From the NCBI GenBank assembly GCA_963703345.1, contig OY969814.1, positions 1,280,001-1,344,000 on the forward strand: DNA of 64,000 nt, written 5' to 3'. Source of the stretch: an uncultured Chloroflexia bacterium (GTDB lineage Bacteria; Chloroflexota; Dehalococcoidia; DSTF01; JALHUB01). Made by a program: the position numbers and the translations under genes. The notes under the pieces were generated by a model. That model was not told the origin of the DNA. It did no database searches and saw nothing but the letters and a program-made list of their open reading frames with translations. Numbering within the stretch: position 1 is the stretch's first letter; the number at the start of each line of letters is the position of its first letter. Shown here piece after piece: positions 52,392 to 62,081 of this stretch.

Positions 52392-54005
52392 CTAGTGCGG
52401 CAGGGAGTCCTTCATGTGCGCCGGTATCTGGCCGTACTCGCTCTCGAACCGCTCCAGGTACTCGCGGCGGCCGTGGAGGAAATCTTCCACCTTCTTCGAC
52501 AGCAGCGCGCGATCAGGGAAGAGCGGTCCCGCGCGCATGTAGTCGAGGTTGGCGCGGTCGCAGCGCACGGGGAAGTGGTAGCCCAGATGGTCGGGCTCGG
52601 AGCTGAAGATCATGACGTTGCGCAGCATGTCGTTGTAGGCGGAAAGTGACTGGCGCAGGTCCACGTTCAACTCGTCCTGGCCGATCGAGCCCGTGTTGGC
52701 GAGATAGCACTTGAGGTTGTTGCGCTTCGCTACGTCGTAGAAGATCATCGCGTGCTCCAGACGGTTGCCCGTGACGAACGGGTCGAGGAAGAACTCGCGC
52801 TTGAACGTTCCCGCTTCTTCCGGGTTGCCGCCGGAGGACTCGATGGACTCGCCGTAGATGAGCTGCATCGTCATCTGCTCCGGCGTCAGTCTGGAGAGGA
52901 CGTTCGTCAGCGGATTGCGCGTCAGGAACATCAGATTGTCGACGCGGCCGGCCCGAAGCGTCTGGCTGGCGATCTCCAGATTCGACCTGGCGATGACGGC
53001 CCGCCCGTTCGAAGTGACGCTCAGATCGGCGAAGTTGGGTATGTAGGGATACTTGCTTATCGCTACGTTCTCCAGGTAGGTGTCCTTCGACTCCGCGGCG
53101 CGCAGGATCTCCGGCTGGCTGGAGTCGAGGCCCTCCGTCTTCACGTAAAGGCCGCCCAGCTCGAACGCGGCGTAGCTGCCGTCGAATCCGAACGTGCCGC
53201 CGTCCTCGCCGATCATCTCCGACGACTCCTTCGGCATGCGGGCGAGCCGCCGGCAGAGACTGGTCGTCTTGCCGGTCGCCGTGGCGCCGCCGATCGCCGT
53301 GACGATATCCACGAGCTCCGGGCGCTCGGTCTGGAAGTCGTACACCCAGATGCGGTCGCGCCGGGCGCCCGCGTGCAGGAAGACGCCGGTCTTGTCGATG
53401 GCCTTGACGCGCCAGCTCTCGAACTGGAAGACGCCTTTCTTGCCCTCGCCCATGTAGGCGGTGTTGCGGCAGATCTTCACCTGCTCGCCGCGCTTCTCGC
53501 CCATGAACACGCGCACCTCAATGTCCTTCTCTGCCAGGCGCCGCGACTTGTTCGCTTCGAAGGCCTCGTCGGTGAAGAAGATGACAGTGTAGGTCGGGTC
53601 TTCGACGACGGTGGCGGGATGGTCGAAGAGCAGCTTGAGGCCGTAGGCGACGTCGGCGTGGGCGAGCGGCATGAGGAAGCGGGCCGACACGCCGTCCTCG
53701 CCGTCGCCGACCCAGACGTCAAGCGAGAGGATCTTCTCGGAGCTCATCGCCTCCACCGCCTTCGCTGCCAGCGCCCCCTCCTCCTCGCCGAATGCATGAT
53801 CGACGCTGTTCTTAGTGTGCTGGGCGGCCCGCGACATGGGCTCCGACATGGCGGCGACGGAGCCGAGTTGCGTCTCGATGATGCCGTCCTGAGTGAGGGC
53901 CAGTGCCTTCGCCTGCCCGAGGTCAAAGTTCTCGATCAGGCGACCGCTTCGCTTCGCCTCTTCATAGATGCGAATTGACGCCTCTTTGAACACGTTCTTG
54001 GCCAT
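52392..54005 (-). CDS. Divergent phosphoenolpyruvate carboxykinase (ATP)-like protein
   Basis: YMGEGKKG, FLHAG, GATATGKTT, MIGEDG, YVKT, NGRA correspond to PckA motifs. Confidence 0.75.
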   Translation of the reverse strand: MAKNVFKEASIRIYEEAKRSGRLIENFDLGQAKALALTQDGIIETQLGSVAAMSEPMSRAAQHTKNSVDHAFGEEEGALAAKAVEAMSSEKILSLDVWVGDGEDGVSARFLMPLAHADVAYGLKLLFDHPATVVEDPTYTVIFFTDEAFEANKSRRLAEKDIEVRVFMGEKRGEQVKICRNTAYMGEGKKGVFQFESWRVKAIDKTGVFLHAGARRDRIWVYDFQTERPELVDIVTAIGGATATGKTTSLCRRLARMPKESSEMIGEDGGTFGFDGSYAAFELGGLYVKTEGLDSSQPEILRAAESKDTYLENVAISKYPYIPNFADLSVTSNGRAVIARSNLEIASQTLRAGRVDNLMFLTRNPLTNVLSRLTPEQMTMQLIYGESIESSGGNPEEAGTFKREFFLDPFVTGNRLEHAMIFYDVAKRNNLKCYLANTGSIGQDELNVDLRQSLSAYNDMLRNVMIFSSEPDHLGYHFPVRCDRANLDYMRAGPLFPDRALLSKKVEDFLHGRREYLERFESEYGQIPAHMKDSLPH

Positions 54006-54191
54006 CGGTCTCCTTCGCCGCCGAAGACGGGCGCATTGTGGGTAGAACAAACTGCGGGCCTTTACGGCTCGCGACTTTACTCTAGAGGTTGGCATGAGAT
54101 CGGTCAAGTGGGGGTTTCCCGAACGAAGTTGGTCGGATTCCAGCCGTAAGCCCTGCGGCGTATATCTCCAGATACCGATACTTCACACAGG

Positions 54192-55043
54192 ATGTCCGCA
54201 AGGACGGCCGCGAAGCGCTTCGTCCTGATCGTCGGCGTTCGCGAGAAGTCCGCCTCTTCTATGGAACAAACAAGAGCAGCAGTCGGTGGCAACGACGGTT
54301 ACGGCCTGGTCCGCAGGTCTTACTTCCGCGTGGCCAGGTGGAGCCGCCTGGCGCGCATCGCCTTCTGGATATGCTTCGTCGTCTTTCTCTTTTGGGCGCT
54401 GCCGGTGTTTCCTTGGGGAATGTCGCTAGCCGACTACTCGCCAAAAGTCGTGCTGGCGCTCTTCTTGTTGGGCGTCTGCCCGGCGGTCGCGGCTATCTAC
54501 CTTCTGGCCGCCAGCGCGGCTGCTCGACATCGAGAGGCGCTTGTCGCCTGGTCGTCCATCTATGATGAAGCGACCGGCCTGCGCAACCGCGAGTTCTTCA
54601 TAGAGCGGCTGGAGCTGCAATGTCACCTCGGAAAGGACCTGGCGGAGTATCGAGTCGCCATTATCCTCGTGACCATCGAAGAGCAGACGGAGGACGGACA
54701 GAAGCTGCACGCGCCGGACGACCAAGTCTTCCGGCGCTTTGGCACGCACCTCCTCAACCAGATGCGCCCCAGCGACCTCGTGGCGGCCATCAGCGGCACT
54801 GAGATGGGCATCCTGACGGCCGCGGGCTCCACGTACGCGTTGAGCAGCATAGTCTGCCGGCTGCAGCGCTCACTGGAAGCGAGATCGGCGCAGCTTGGCG
54901 GAGCGGCGGCGCCACGGCTGCTGGTCCGAATGGGCTACGCCTCGCTGACGAGCATCGATCCGGAGCCGGAGGCCTTGATGGAAGCCGCGCGCAACGACCT
55001 CAAGCCGGTGTTCTCCGGGCAGAAGGAACCCACGGCCGCGTAA
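54192..55043 (+). CDS. Membrane protein with degenerate GGDEF domain (start may be 54261)
   Basis: Two TMs; DEATGLRNR, RPSDLV; SGTEM in place of GGDEF. Confidence 0.8.
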   Translation: MSARTAAKRFVLIVGVREKSASSMEQTRAAVGGNDGYGLVRRSYFRVARWSRLARIAFWICFVVFLFWALPVFPWGMSLADYSPKVVLALFLLGVCPAVAAIYLLAASAAARHREALVAWSSIYDEATGLRNREFFIERLELQCHLGKDLAEYRVAIILVTIEEQTEDGQKLHAPDDQVFRRFGTHLLNQMRPSDLVAAISGTEMGILTAAGSTYALSSIVCRLQRSLEARSAQLGGAAAPRLLVRMGYASLTSIDPEPEALMEAARNDLKPVFSGQKEPTAA

Positions 55044-55071
55044 GACTAAGACTTCGCTTTTCCGTTGACTG

Positions 55072-55100
55072 AGCCGCCCATGTGGCGGCCTTTTCTTTTC
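55072..55100 (+). terminator. Intrinsic terminator
   Basis: GCCGCC-CATGT-GGCGGC followed by CTTTTCTTTT. Confidence 0.6.
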
Positions 55101-55164
55101 CTCCGCTTTCGCCTCCCGATGCGGGACATTATGATGGCAAGGAATTGACAGCGGAGGTGCAGGG

Positions 55165-55686
55165 ATGTTCCACCTCGGGGAGGCTGCCTGGACCATAGCC
55201 GCACGGACAGCCATCGTCTACGCTGTGCTGCTCGTCGGCTTCCGCCTGACCGGAAAGCGGCAGATGGGCCAGATGACGCCCTTCGACCTCGTCGTCATCA
55301 TCCTCGTGGCCAATGCCGTGCAGAACGCGATGGTCGGCCACGACGTCTCGGTCACCGGCGGGCTAATCGCCGCGGGGGTGCTCCTCGTGGGCAACTACGG
55401 GCTGGCGAGGCTCAGTTCGCGGGTGAGCTGGCTGGAGCGCGCGGTGCAGGGCGAGCCCACGCTCCTGGTCTTCAACGGCGAATTCATCGATAGGAACCTG
55501 GAGCGCGAGGACGTGGACAGGGAAGAGATACTTATGGCGATGCGCGAGCACGGCGTTGACGACATCAAGGACGTAGAGCTCGCAGTCCTGGAGACGGACG
55601 GCTCGATAAGCATCGTGGAGACGGGGAAGGGCGGGGAGAAACGTGCCACCAAGCCACGGCGGATCGTCCGCTTCATCAAGCACTGA
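55165..55686 (+). CDS. DUF421 (YetF-like) membrane protein
   Basis: GKRQMGQMTPFDLV, GEPTLLV, LETDGSIS. Confidence 0.9.
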   Translation: MFHLGEAAWTIAARTAIVYAVLLVGFRLTGKRQMGQMTPFDLVVIILVANAVQNAMVGHDVSVTGGLIAAGVLLVGNYGLARLSSRVSWLERAVQGEPTLLVFNGEFIDRNLEREDVDREEILMAMREHGVDDIKDVELAVLETDGSISIVETGKGGEKRATKPRRIVRFIKH

Positions 55687-55723
55687 GCTTGCCGATGGCG
55701 CCTTCGCTTCGGTACTGTGATCG

Positions 55724-56473
55724 GTGATGGCAGGGGCAAGAACGCTCCGGGAGCTCTCGAAGGCGCTGGCGCTGCTCGCTGCCCTTGCGTTTCTGCTCGC
55801 ATGCGGCCGCTCCGCCGCCTCGCCCAAAGCAATGCATTTGAGCAGCGGCGAAGGCTGCGGACGACTGGTCGCGCTGACCTTTGACGACGGGCCTAATCCG
55901 CCGTTCACGGAGCAGATCCTGGCGATCCTGAAGTCGAACGGCGTCAGGGCAACCTTCTTTGTGGAAGGGCAGGCCGCAGAGGAGCATCCGGACATCGTCA
56001 AGCTGCTGGACAGCGAGGGGATGGACGTGGAATCGCACTCGTACGGCCACTCCCAAGACCTGGCGACGGCGGACGCTCCTACTTTCCGGCGCGACCTCGA
56101 CGCCGCGACGAAGGTGCTCGGAGCCGTCCTTGAGCGGCAGCCGCGCCTGTACCGTCCGCCGTTCGGAAAGACGAGCGCCGCGATGCTGAAGGAGCTCGGC
56201 GACGCCGGCTACACGTCTATCGGCTGGGACGTTGACTCGACGGACTGGCAGGAGACCGACCCGAGCAAGATTGCCGACGCGGTGCTGTCGAAGGTCCATC
56301 CCGGCGCTATTGTGCTGATGCACGACGGCGGGCTCTCCGGTGGCAATCCCGACCGGATAGCCACGATTCAGGCGTTGCCGTCGATTCTCACCGGGCTGCG
56401 CGAAGGCGGCTACGAGCTGACGACCGTGCCGGAGATAATCGACCCGGAAATCTGCGGTTCCACCGGGTCCTGA
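55724..56473 (+). CDS. Polysaccharide deacetylase (CE4) lipoprotein
   Basis: LLAC lipobox; TFDDGP, HSYGH, RPPFG, LMHD. Confidence 0.92.
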   Translation: MMAGARTLRELSKALALLAALAFLLACGRSAASPKAMHLSSGEGCGRLVALTFDDGPNPPFTEQILAILKSNGVRATFFVEGQAAEEHPDIVKLLDSEGMDVESHSYGHSQDLATADAPTFRRDLDAATKVLGAVLERQPRLYRPPFGKTSAAMLKELGDAGYTSIGWDVDSTDWQETDPSKIADAVLSKVHPGAIVLMHDGGLSGGNPDRIATIQALPSILTGLREGGYELTTVPEIIDPEICGSTGS

Positions 56474-56480
56474 AAGGGCG

Positions 56481-57815
56481 ATGTTCGAGAGAATACCGTT
56501 CCCACGTCAGATGCAGGCAAGCGGCAACGCGATCGGCGTTCGCTGGCATCTATGGGCGCAGTTGCTTGTCGCCTGGGGAGGGCTTCTCGGCGTGGCGTTC
56601 ATGTGCGCTATCGTCCTCAGCAAGACCTTCTTCCTCGGCTCCGACTCGGCGCACCACTACGCGCATGTCTGGTACATCTCCGACCAGATCTTCCATCACG
56701 CTCGCGTGCCGCTGCACATACCGTACCTGGAGTCGGGCAAGGCGCTCGCCTTTCCTTACGGCGTCGCGCCCTACATCGCAACCGCCATTCCCTACCGCGT
56801 CTTCGGCGACTGGGCGGTGACGGCTTCCATGGTCGCCGGCGTCGCCTTCTACGGCTACGCGGCTACGCGCGCCCGACCGGTCCTGCGCGACCCGCGGTTG
56901 CTGGCGCTCGTCTACGTTAACACCTTCCTCATCGAAGGCATTGTTTCTTTCCAGTTCGCCTTCATCTGGTCTTGCGGTTTCTTCTTCCTCTCAGTCGAAG
57001 CGATGGACAAGCGGCGCTGGCTGCCGGCTGCGGTCCTGGCGCTGCTCACGGTGACGACGCATCTGGTGGCGGGCGGCATCGCCGTGACCGCCTACGCGCT
57101 GTTCACGCTGGTTCGACGCCCGCGCGACTTCCTGCCGCTGAGCGCGGCGATGGGCGTCGCGGCGCTGCTGACCGTGCCCTATCTCTTCTATCTCCACACG
57201 ACGCCTTCCCTGGGCTCGACGCCGCCCTCCTACATCATAGGCACCATCCGCTACATGGCGCGCTTCCGGGGGATAATCGTCGTCATGCCGCTGATAGTCG
57301 CCGCGCTGGCGCCGTTGCTGCGGCCGCTGTTCCTGCCGGCCTTCGCGGCGATGGCCCTGACCTTCGCCGTCCGCTTCCAGCAGGACCATGTCAACACCTA
57401 CGGTTTCAAACACGACAGCAGCCCCTTCTACTCCGAGTTCATCGACTCGCCGCAGTTCGACCCGAGTCTGACCTACCGTGTGCTGGAGCCGAATGATCGC
57501 GAAGACGGGGCGTACCAGCTCATCAAGCACGGCGCCGTGCTGGGACAGGAGTTCTTCGATCAAAGCCAGTTCCGTCGCTGGTGGTACTCGCTCGACATGT
57601 ACTCCTGCTTCCTTGGGGCGAAGAACATCGACGTCGTCCTGTACGAGACCGAATACAAGTACAAGTTCAACCAGAACGAGGAATGGCCCCTGGGCGAGTT
57701 CGTGAAGCAGGGGAAGGCGCAGGTTATCTACCGCGATCCCAAGGGCCGCTTCACCGCCTACGACGTCCGCGGCGCCAAGAAACCGGGCGCCCGCCTCTCG
57801 GACTGCGGCTTCTAG
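56481..57815 (+). CDS. Polytopic membrane protein, possibly GT-C-fold glycosyltransferase-like
   Basis: TM followed by a DSAHHY loop, many TMs, soluble C-terminal domain. Confidence 0.55.
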   Translation: MFERIPFPRQMQASGNAIGVRWHLWAQLLVAWGGLLGVAFMCAIVLSKTFFLGSDSAHHYAHVWYISDQIFHHARVPLHIPYLESGKALAFPYGVAPYIATAIPYRVFGDWAVTASMVAGVAFYGYAATRARPVLRDPRLLALVYVNTFLIEGIVSFQFAFIWSCGFFFLSVEAMDKRRWLPAAVLALLTVTTHLVAGGIAVTAYALFTLVRRPRDFLPLSAAMGVAALLTVPYLFYLHTTPSLGSTPPSYIIGTIRYMARFRGIIVVMPLIVAALAPLLRPLFLPAFAAMALTFAVRFQQDHVNTYGFKHDSSPFYSEFIDSPQFDPSLTYRVLEPNDREDGAYQLIKHGAVLGQEFFDQSQFRRWWYSLDMYSCFLGAKNIDVVLYETEYKYKFNQNEEWPLGEFVKQGKAQVIYRDPKGRFTAYDVRGAKKPGARLSDCGF

Positions 57816-57925
57816 CTACGCTGCCACTCGACAACTCTTCGCGGCAGTCCTACTATGAGATTAGAGGCTGTCGCTTTTCAGGCAGGGCGGTCTGAGGACG
57901 GCGGTTTCGGGAGGGAGCGCATATT

Positions 57926-59056
57926 ATGCCCTCGTCATTCAAGTTCGGCAAGATCTTTGGCGTCGAGATCGGGGTCCACTGGAGTTGGATTCCCATCTTC
58001 ATAATCTTCTCCTGGCTCTTCGCCGATGGCACTCTCGCTCACTTCTTCCCTTCCTGGTCCGAGCCGGCGCTATGGATTGCCGGGGCGATCACGAGTGCCA
58101 TCTTCTTCGCTTCGCTGCTGGCGCACGAGCTGGCCCATTCGTTCGTCGCGCGGAGCAAGGGCCTCGAGGTGAAGGGGATAACGCTTTTCTTCATCGGTGG
58201 CGTGTCCAACCTCGGCGGCGAGCCGCGCTCCCCCGGCGACGAGTTCGTCATCTCGGTCGTAGGGCCGGCCACCAGCCTTGTGATGGGGGGCCTGTTCGCC
58301 ATCGGCTGGGCCGCCCTGTCGCCCTTCAGCCCGGGAATCGCGGGCGTCTCCGCCCAGCTTGCCGTGATCAACGCGACGCTGGCGGTCTTCAACATGGTGC
58401 CCGGATTCCCCCTCGATGGCGGCCGCGTCTTTCGCTCCATCCTCTGGCAGCGCACGCGCAACCTTCACACGGCGACGCACATCGCCTCGATGGCGGGCGA
58501 GGGCGTCGGCTACCTGCTGATCGGCGCGGGCGTTGTCTTCTTCCTCTTTGGGAATGTTGTCAACGGCATCTACTTCTTCGTCATCGGCCTCTTCCTGCGC
58601 GGGATCGCCGCCGGGAGCTACCAGCAGATGGTGACCGACGAGGCGCTCGCCGGCCTGAAAGCGGGCGACGCGGCGGCGACGAACTGCGAGGCCGTGCCGC
58701 CGGACCTTTCGCTCGAAAACGTGGTCGACAACTACGTGCTCCTGCGGAACGTGCGCTGCTTTCCCGTGCAGTCGCAGGACCAGCTGCTGGGCCTCGTCAC
58801 CCTGGAGGACATCCGCCACATACCGCGCGAGCAATGGGCGATAACCCCCGTCGAGAAGGCGATGACCTCCTTCGACCGCCTGCACGCGGTCTCGCCCGAC
58901 GACGACCTGCGACACGTGCTGCGCCTCATGGCTGAGCAGGACGTTAACCAGGTGCCGGTCGTCGACGGCGGGCGGCTGGTAGGCCTCATCGGCCGCGCCG
59001 ACATCCTGCGCCTCATCCAGACGCGGCGCGAGCTCGCCCAAAACGGCGGCCACTGA
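57926..59056 (+). CDS. Site-2 protease (M50) with tandem CBS domains
   Basis: HELAH, NMVPGFPLDGG, CBS pair. Confidence 0.95.
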   Translation: MPSSFKFGKIFGVEIGVHWSWIPIFIIFSWLFADGTLAHFFPSWSEPALWIAGAITSAIFFASLLAHELAHSFVARSKGLEVKGITLFFIGGVSNLGGEPRSPGDEFVISVVGPATSLVMGGLFAIGWAALSPFSPGIAGVSAQLAVINATLAVFNMVPGFPLDGGRVFRSILWQRTRNLHTATHIASMAGEGVGYLLIGAGVVFFLFGNVVNGIYFFVIGLFLRGIAAGSYQQMVTDEALAGLKAGDAAATNCEAVPPDLSLENVVDNYVLLRNVRCFPVQSQDQLLGLVTLEDIRHIPREQWAITPVEKAMTSFDRLHAVSPDDDLRHVLRLMAEQDVNQVPVVDGGRLVGLIGRADILRLIQTRRELAQNGGH

Positions 59057-59140
59057 CCCTTTCCTCTTCGGGCCGTCAGACGCGCCAGCCTTGTCCGCAC
59101 GCCTTCGCTTGCCTAGACTGACGTTGGAGGAAGACGGGCG

Positions 59141-59587
59141 ATGCCCCTCGAACAGCCCACAGACGAAGACTGCCGGCAGGCCTCGGCCGCCAACGTCGCG
59201 AAGATGTGGCACTTCGTTCGGCGCTACGCCGCGAAGAGTGGCAGCTACCTGCACCCGCAGCCGGAGATCACGGAGTTCCTGGTAATCGGCCTCGCTCGTC
59301 ACATCGACGAGGTGGGCCGGCCGCTCTGCCCTTGCAACTTCTACCCCGACATCGTCGCCGAGGCGCGGTCGAGTGAGTGGTCATGCGCCTGCGACGAGAT
59401 GCAGCGCTACAAGTACTGCCACTGAATGCTGTTCTGTAATTCGGAAGGTCTTCCGATAACAGAGCACCTGCCGGAAGGGCACGAAGGACGCGAAATCTAC
59501 GGTCTCGTGCGGGACCCTCATCCCGACAAAGGCCGCGCCCTCGGCCGTCTGGAGGAGAAGCGCGGCCAGACCCTCAACAAGCGCTGA
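59141..59587 (+). CDS. Ferredoxin:thioredoxin reductase catalytic-subunit-like protein, probable selenoprotein (UGA 59423-59425 = Sec), 148 aa
   Basis: CPC, CAC and CH(UGA)MLF motifs; frame stays open 53 more sense codons; SECIS-like hairpin follows. Confidence 0.85.
59426..59466 (+). promoter_or_regulatory. Putative bacterial SECIS element
   Basis: TCGGAA-GGTC-TTCCGA apical hairpin on a bulged TGCT..CTGT/ACAGAGCA stem; loop begins 21 nt after the UGA. Confidence 0.75.
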
Positions 59588-59648
59588 AAACTCCTCCCCT
59601 CAAGCCTATTGCTGAATCCGCGCCTCTCAGCCTACGATTGAATCTGCC

Positions 59649-60494
59649 ATGGTGAAGCTGAGTCTTCTCGCTGCGTTCTCGGCAACTGCGCTGGCGCTGG
59701 GTGCAATCGCGCTCGTCGCCTGCGACCGCTCATCGCCCGCAACCATGTCGACGGTCGCACCGCAGGCAACCGACACGCCCGCCGAGCAGTCGGAGGCGAC
59801 TTCGCCGCCGGAAGCGACGGCCGAACTCGGGACACCAGCGCCGCCGCCGCCTTCCGCCGACTGCGACCACCCGGCGCTCGAAGTGCGACGCGGCAACTCG
59901 ACGAGACAGCAGGTCGCCCTCACCTTCGACGCGGGCGCCGACGCCGGCAACACGACGCAGGTCCTTCAGATCCTGGCGGCGAACGGCATCAAGGCCAGCT
60001 TCAGCCTTACAGGCGAATGGTCGCAGGCGAATCCCGATCTCGTCAGGGCCATAGCAAACGCTGGCCATCTGCTGATGAACCACTCGCAGGACCACCCGTC
60101 CTTCACCGGCCTCTCGACCGGGAAGGGGCCGCTCAGCACGAAAGACCGTATCGCGGAACTCGACGATGCCGACCTGACGATCAGATCCATCGCGGGCCGG
60201 ACGACGAAGCCGTACTTCCGGCCGCCCTACGGCGATGTCGACGGCTCCGTCCTCTGCGACGCCTACGCCGCCGGCTACAACTACGTGGTGATGTGGACCG
60301 TCGATACGCTGGGCTGGAACGGCGCCGGCGTCGACCAGATCATCCAGACGAGTCTGTCGAACGCGAAGCCGGGCGCGATTTACATAATGCACGTCGGCTC
60401 AGAGTCGCAGGACGCGGCGGCGCTGCAGCAGGTCATCGACGGTCTAAAGGCGCAGGGCTACTCCTTTGGCACCATCGCCGACATCATCAAGTAG
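59649..60494 (+). CDS. Polysaccharide deacetylase family lipoprotein
   Basis: LVAC lipobox; TFDAG, NHSQDH, RPPYG, IMHVG. Confidence 0.9.
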   Translation: MVKLSLLAAFSATALALGAIALVACDRSSPATMSTVAPQATDTPAEQSEATSPPEATAELGTPAPPPPSADCDHPALEVRRGNSTRQQVALTFDAGADAGNTTQVLQILAANGIKASFSLTGEWSQANPDLVRAIANAGHLLMNHSQDHPSFTGLSTGKGPLSTKDRIAELDDADLTIRSIAGRTTKPYFRPPYGDVDGSVLCDAYAAGYNYVVMWTVDTLGWNGAGVDQIIQTSLSNAKPGAIYIMHVGSESQDAAALQQVIDGLKAQGYSFGTIADIIK

Positions 60495-60506
60495 CTGAGC
60501 AAGGCG

Positions 60507-61265
60507 TCAAAGTCGGGCAAGCAGCGCCGCGACGCTGACGGTCACAATCGCCAGCGCCATTAGTGTCAACGCGCGCTCCAGCGGCTCGATGGCCCAGGCG
60601 CGGTCCAGCTCTTCGACGGCGCCGTTCGCGTAGACCAGCTTCCCTTCGATCTCCCGCACCCGACGTCGCACGGTGCGGACCCGAAAGCTCAGTTTCCGCT
60701 GCGCCAGGCTCAGCGCAAACGCCGCGACGGCCCCGAAAAGCGCCGGCAGCGCCAGCCGCTCGCCGCTCACCCAGTAGGCCGTGAGGAACGGGAAGCTGCC
60801 CCAGGCGAAGGCGAACCAGGCGTCGGAGTGAAAGCGGCCGGCGAACCACTCCAGATTGTACGCCGGAGCGATGAACAGCCCGAAGGCGACAAACGCGAGC
60901 AGCCACGGCGTCACGACGATGCTGCCGACTATCCCCATCGCCACGGCGATGCCTAGGCCGCCTATCGCTATCGTTCGGAGCGTCGACTCCGGGATGCGCG
61001 TGTTGAGTGGACGGCCGGCCATCTCGTCGAGCGCGTGCGCGGAAAGACCCATCGCCAGGAAAAAGGCGACCAGCGCCGCGATCAGCCGGTCGACGTGCAC
61101 TGCCGGCGCGACGGCAACCCCCAGGACGACATAACTCAAGTGCCAGGCTGTGTAGGGCGGATGCAGCAGAGTGACGTAGTCACGCCAACCGCCGCCGCGA
61201 AGAGCATAGAAGGCCGGGCGGTAGCGTAGCGCGCCGGTCGCGGGAGGGGTCATTTCTTTGTGCAT
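60507..61265 (-). CDS. Membrane protein, UbiA-like fold suspected
   Basis: LLHPPYT, AHALDEMAGRPL, YNLE..GRFHSD; multiple TMs. Confidence 0.65.
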   Translation of the reverse strand: MHKEMTPPATGALRYRPAFYALRGGGWRDYVTLLHPPYTAWHLSYVVLGVAVAPAVHVDRLIAALVAFFLAMGLSAHALDEMAGRPLNTRIPESTLRTIAIGGLGIAVAMGIVGSIVVTPWLLAFVAFGLFIAPAYNLEWFAGRFHSDAWFAFAWGSFPFLTAYWVSGERLALPALFGAVAAFALSLAQRKLSFRVRTVRRRVREIEGKLVYANGAVEELDRAWAIEPLERALTLMALAIVTVSVAALLARL

Positions 61266-61267
61266 GC

Positions 61268-61984
61268 TCAGGCCGCCTTCCGTCCCCAAATGACCATTGC
61301 GCCGCCGAAAGAGAGTCGCTTCGACTGCACTTCGACGACGCCGGCGTCGCGCCAGGCGCGCAGGATGCGCTCCTCCGGCCAGCGACGGTTGAAATCGCGG
61401 ATGTTCGGGCCAAGGAAGGAGCCGGTCCGACGCCAGGCGCCGGAGAAGAGCTGCCCGCCGAATGGCAACGCCAGGTCTGTATACGCGCGCCAGAAGGGAT
61501 AGGCGACGCCGCGCGGCACGGCGAAATCGAGCGACGCGATCATCCCACCCGGCCTGACCAGCGACGCCAGGCAGCACAGGGTCGACGAGACGTCGCTGAC
61601 GTAGCGCAGGAGGTAGGCGAAGACTAGCGCGTCGAATCCCCCCTGCTTGAACGGCGGCGTTTCCGCGCTGCATTCGACGAGCGAGAGACGCCCCGCGGCG
61701 CCGTTCTTGCGGGCGCGAAGGGACGCTTTCGCCAGCATCGGGCGTGTGATGTCCGCGCCGACAACTTCGATGTTTGGGCGTGCCATCAGGTCGAGCGCCA
61801 GCGCCCCGGTGCCGGTGGCCATGTCGAGGACGCGGAGAGGGCGAGCGTCTTCCGGTAGCTCCAGCCGGTCGAGCAGGAAGCGATGCCAGCGGCGGTACTG
61901 GAACAGGCTGAGCGCCAGCGCCGGACGGTCGTAGTTGCGGGCTATTGGGGAGAAGACGCTGCGAGGAAGGTCACACTCAGGCAC
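61268..61984 (-). CDS. UbiE/MenG-like SAM-dependent methyltransferase
   Basis: FSPIARNYD, VLDMATGTG, YLLRYV. Confidence 0.85.
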   Translation of the reverse strand: MPECDLPRSVFSPIARNYDRPALALSLFQYRRWHRFLLDRLELPEDARPLRVLDMATGTGALALDLMARPNIEVVGADITRPMLAKASLRARKNGAAGRLSLVECSAETPPFKQGGFDALVFAYLLRYVSDVSSTLCCLASLVRPGGMIASLDFAVPRGVAYPFWRAYTDLALPFGGQLFSGAWRRTGSFLGPNIRDFNRRWPEERILRAWRDAGVVEVQSKRLSFGGAMVIWGRKAA

Positions 61985-62081
61985 CGTCAGACGTCCTTGG
62001 CTACATGACCGGCCGTCCTAGTTTCATTCTATCATCGCCTCCGGCCCGCCGTCATAAGCCCGGCGACTCGTCACTACGATG

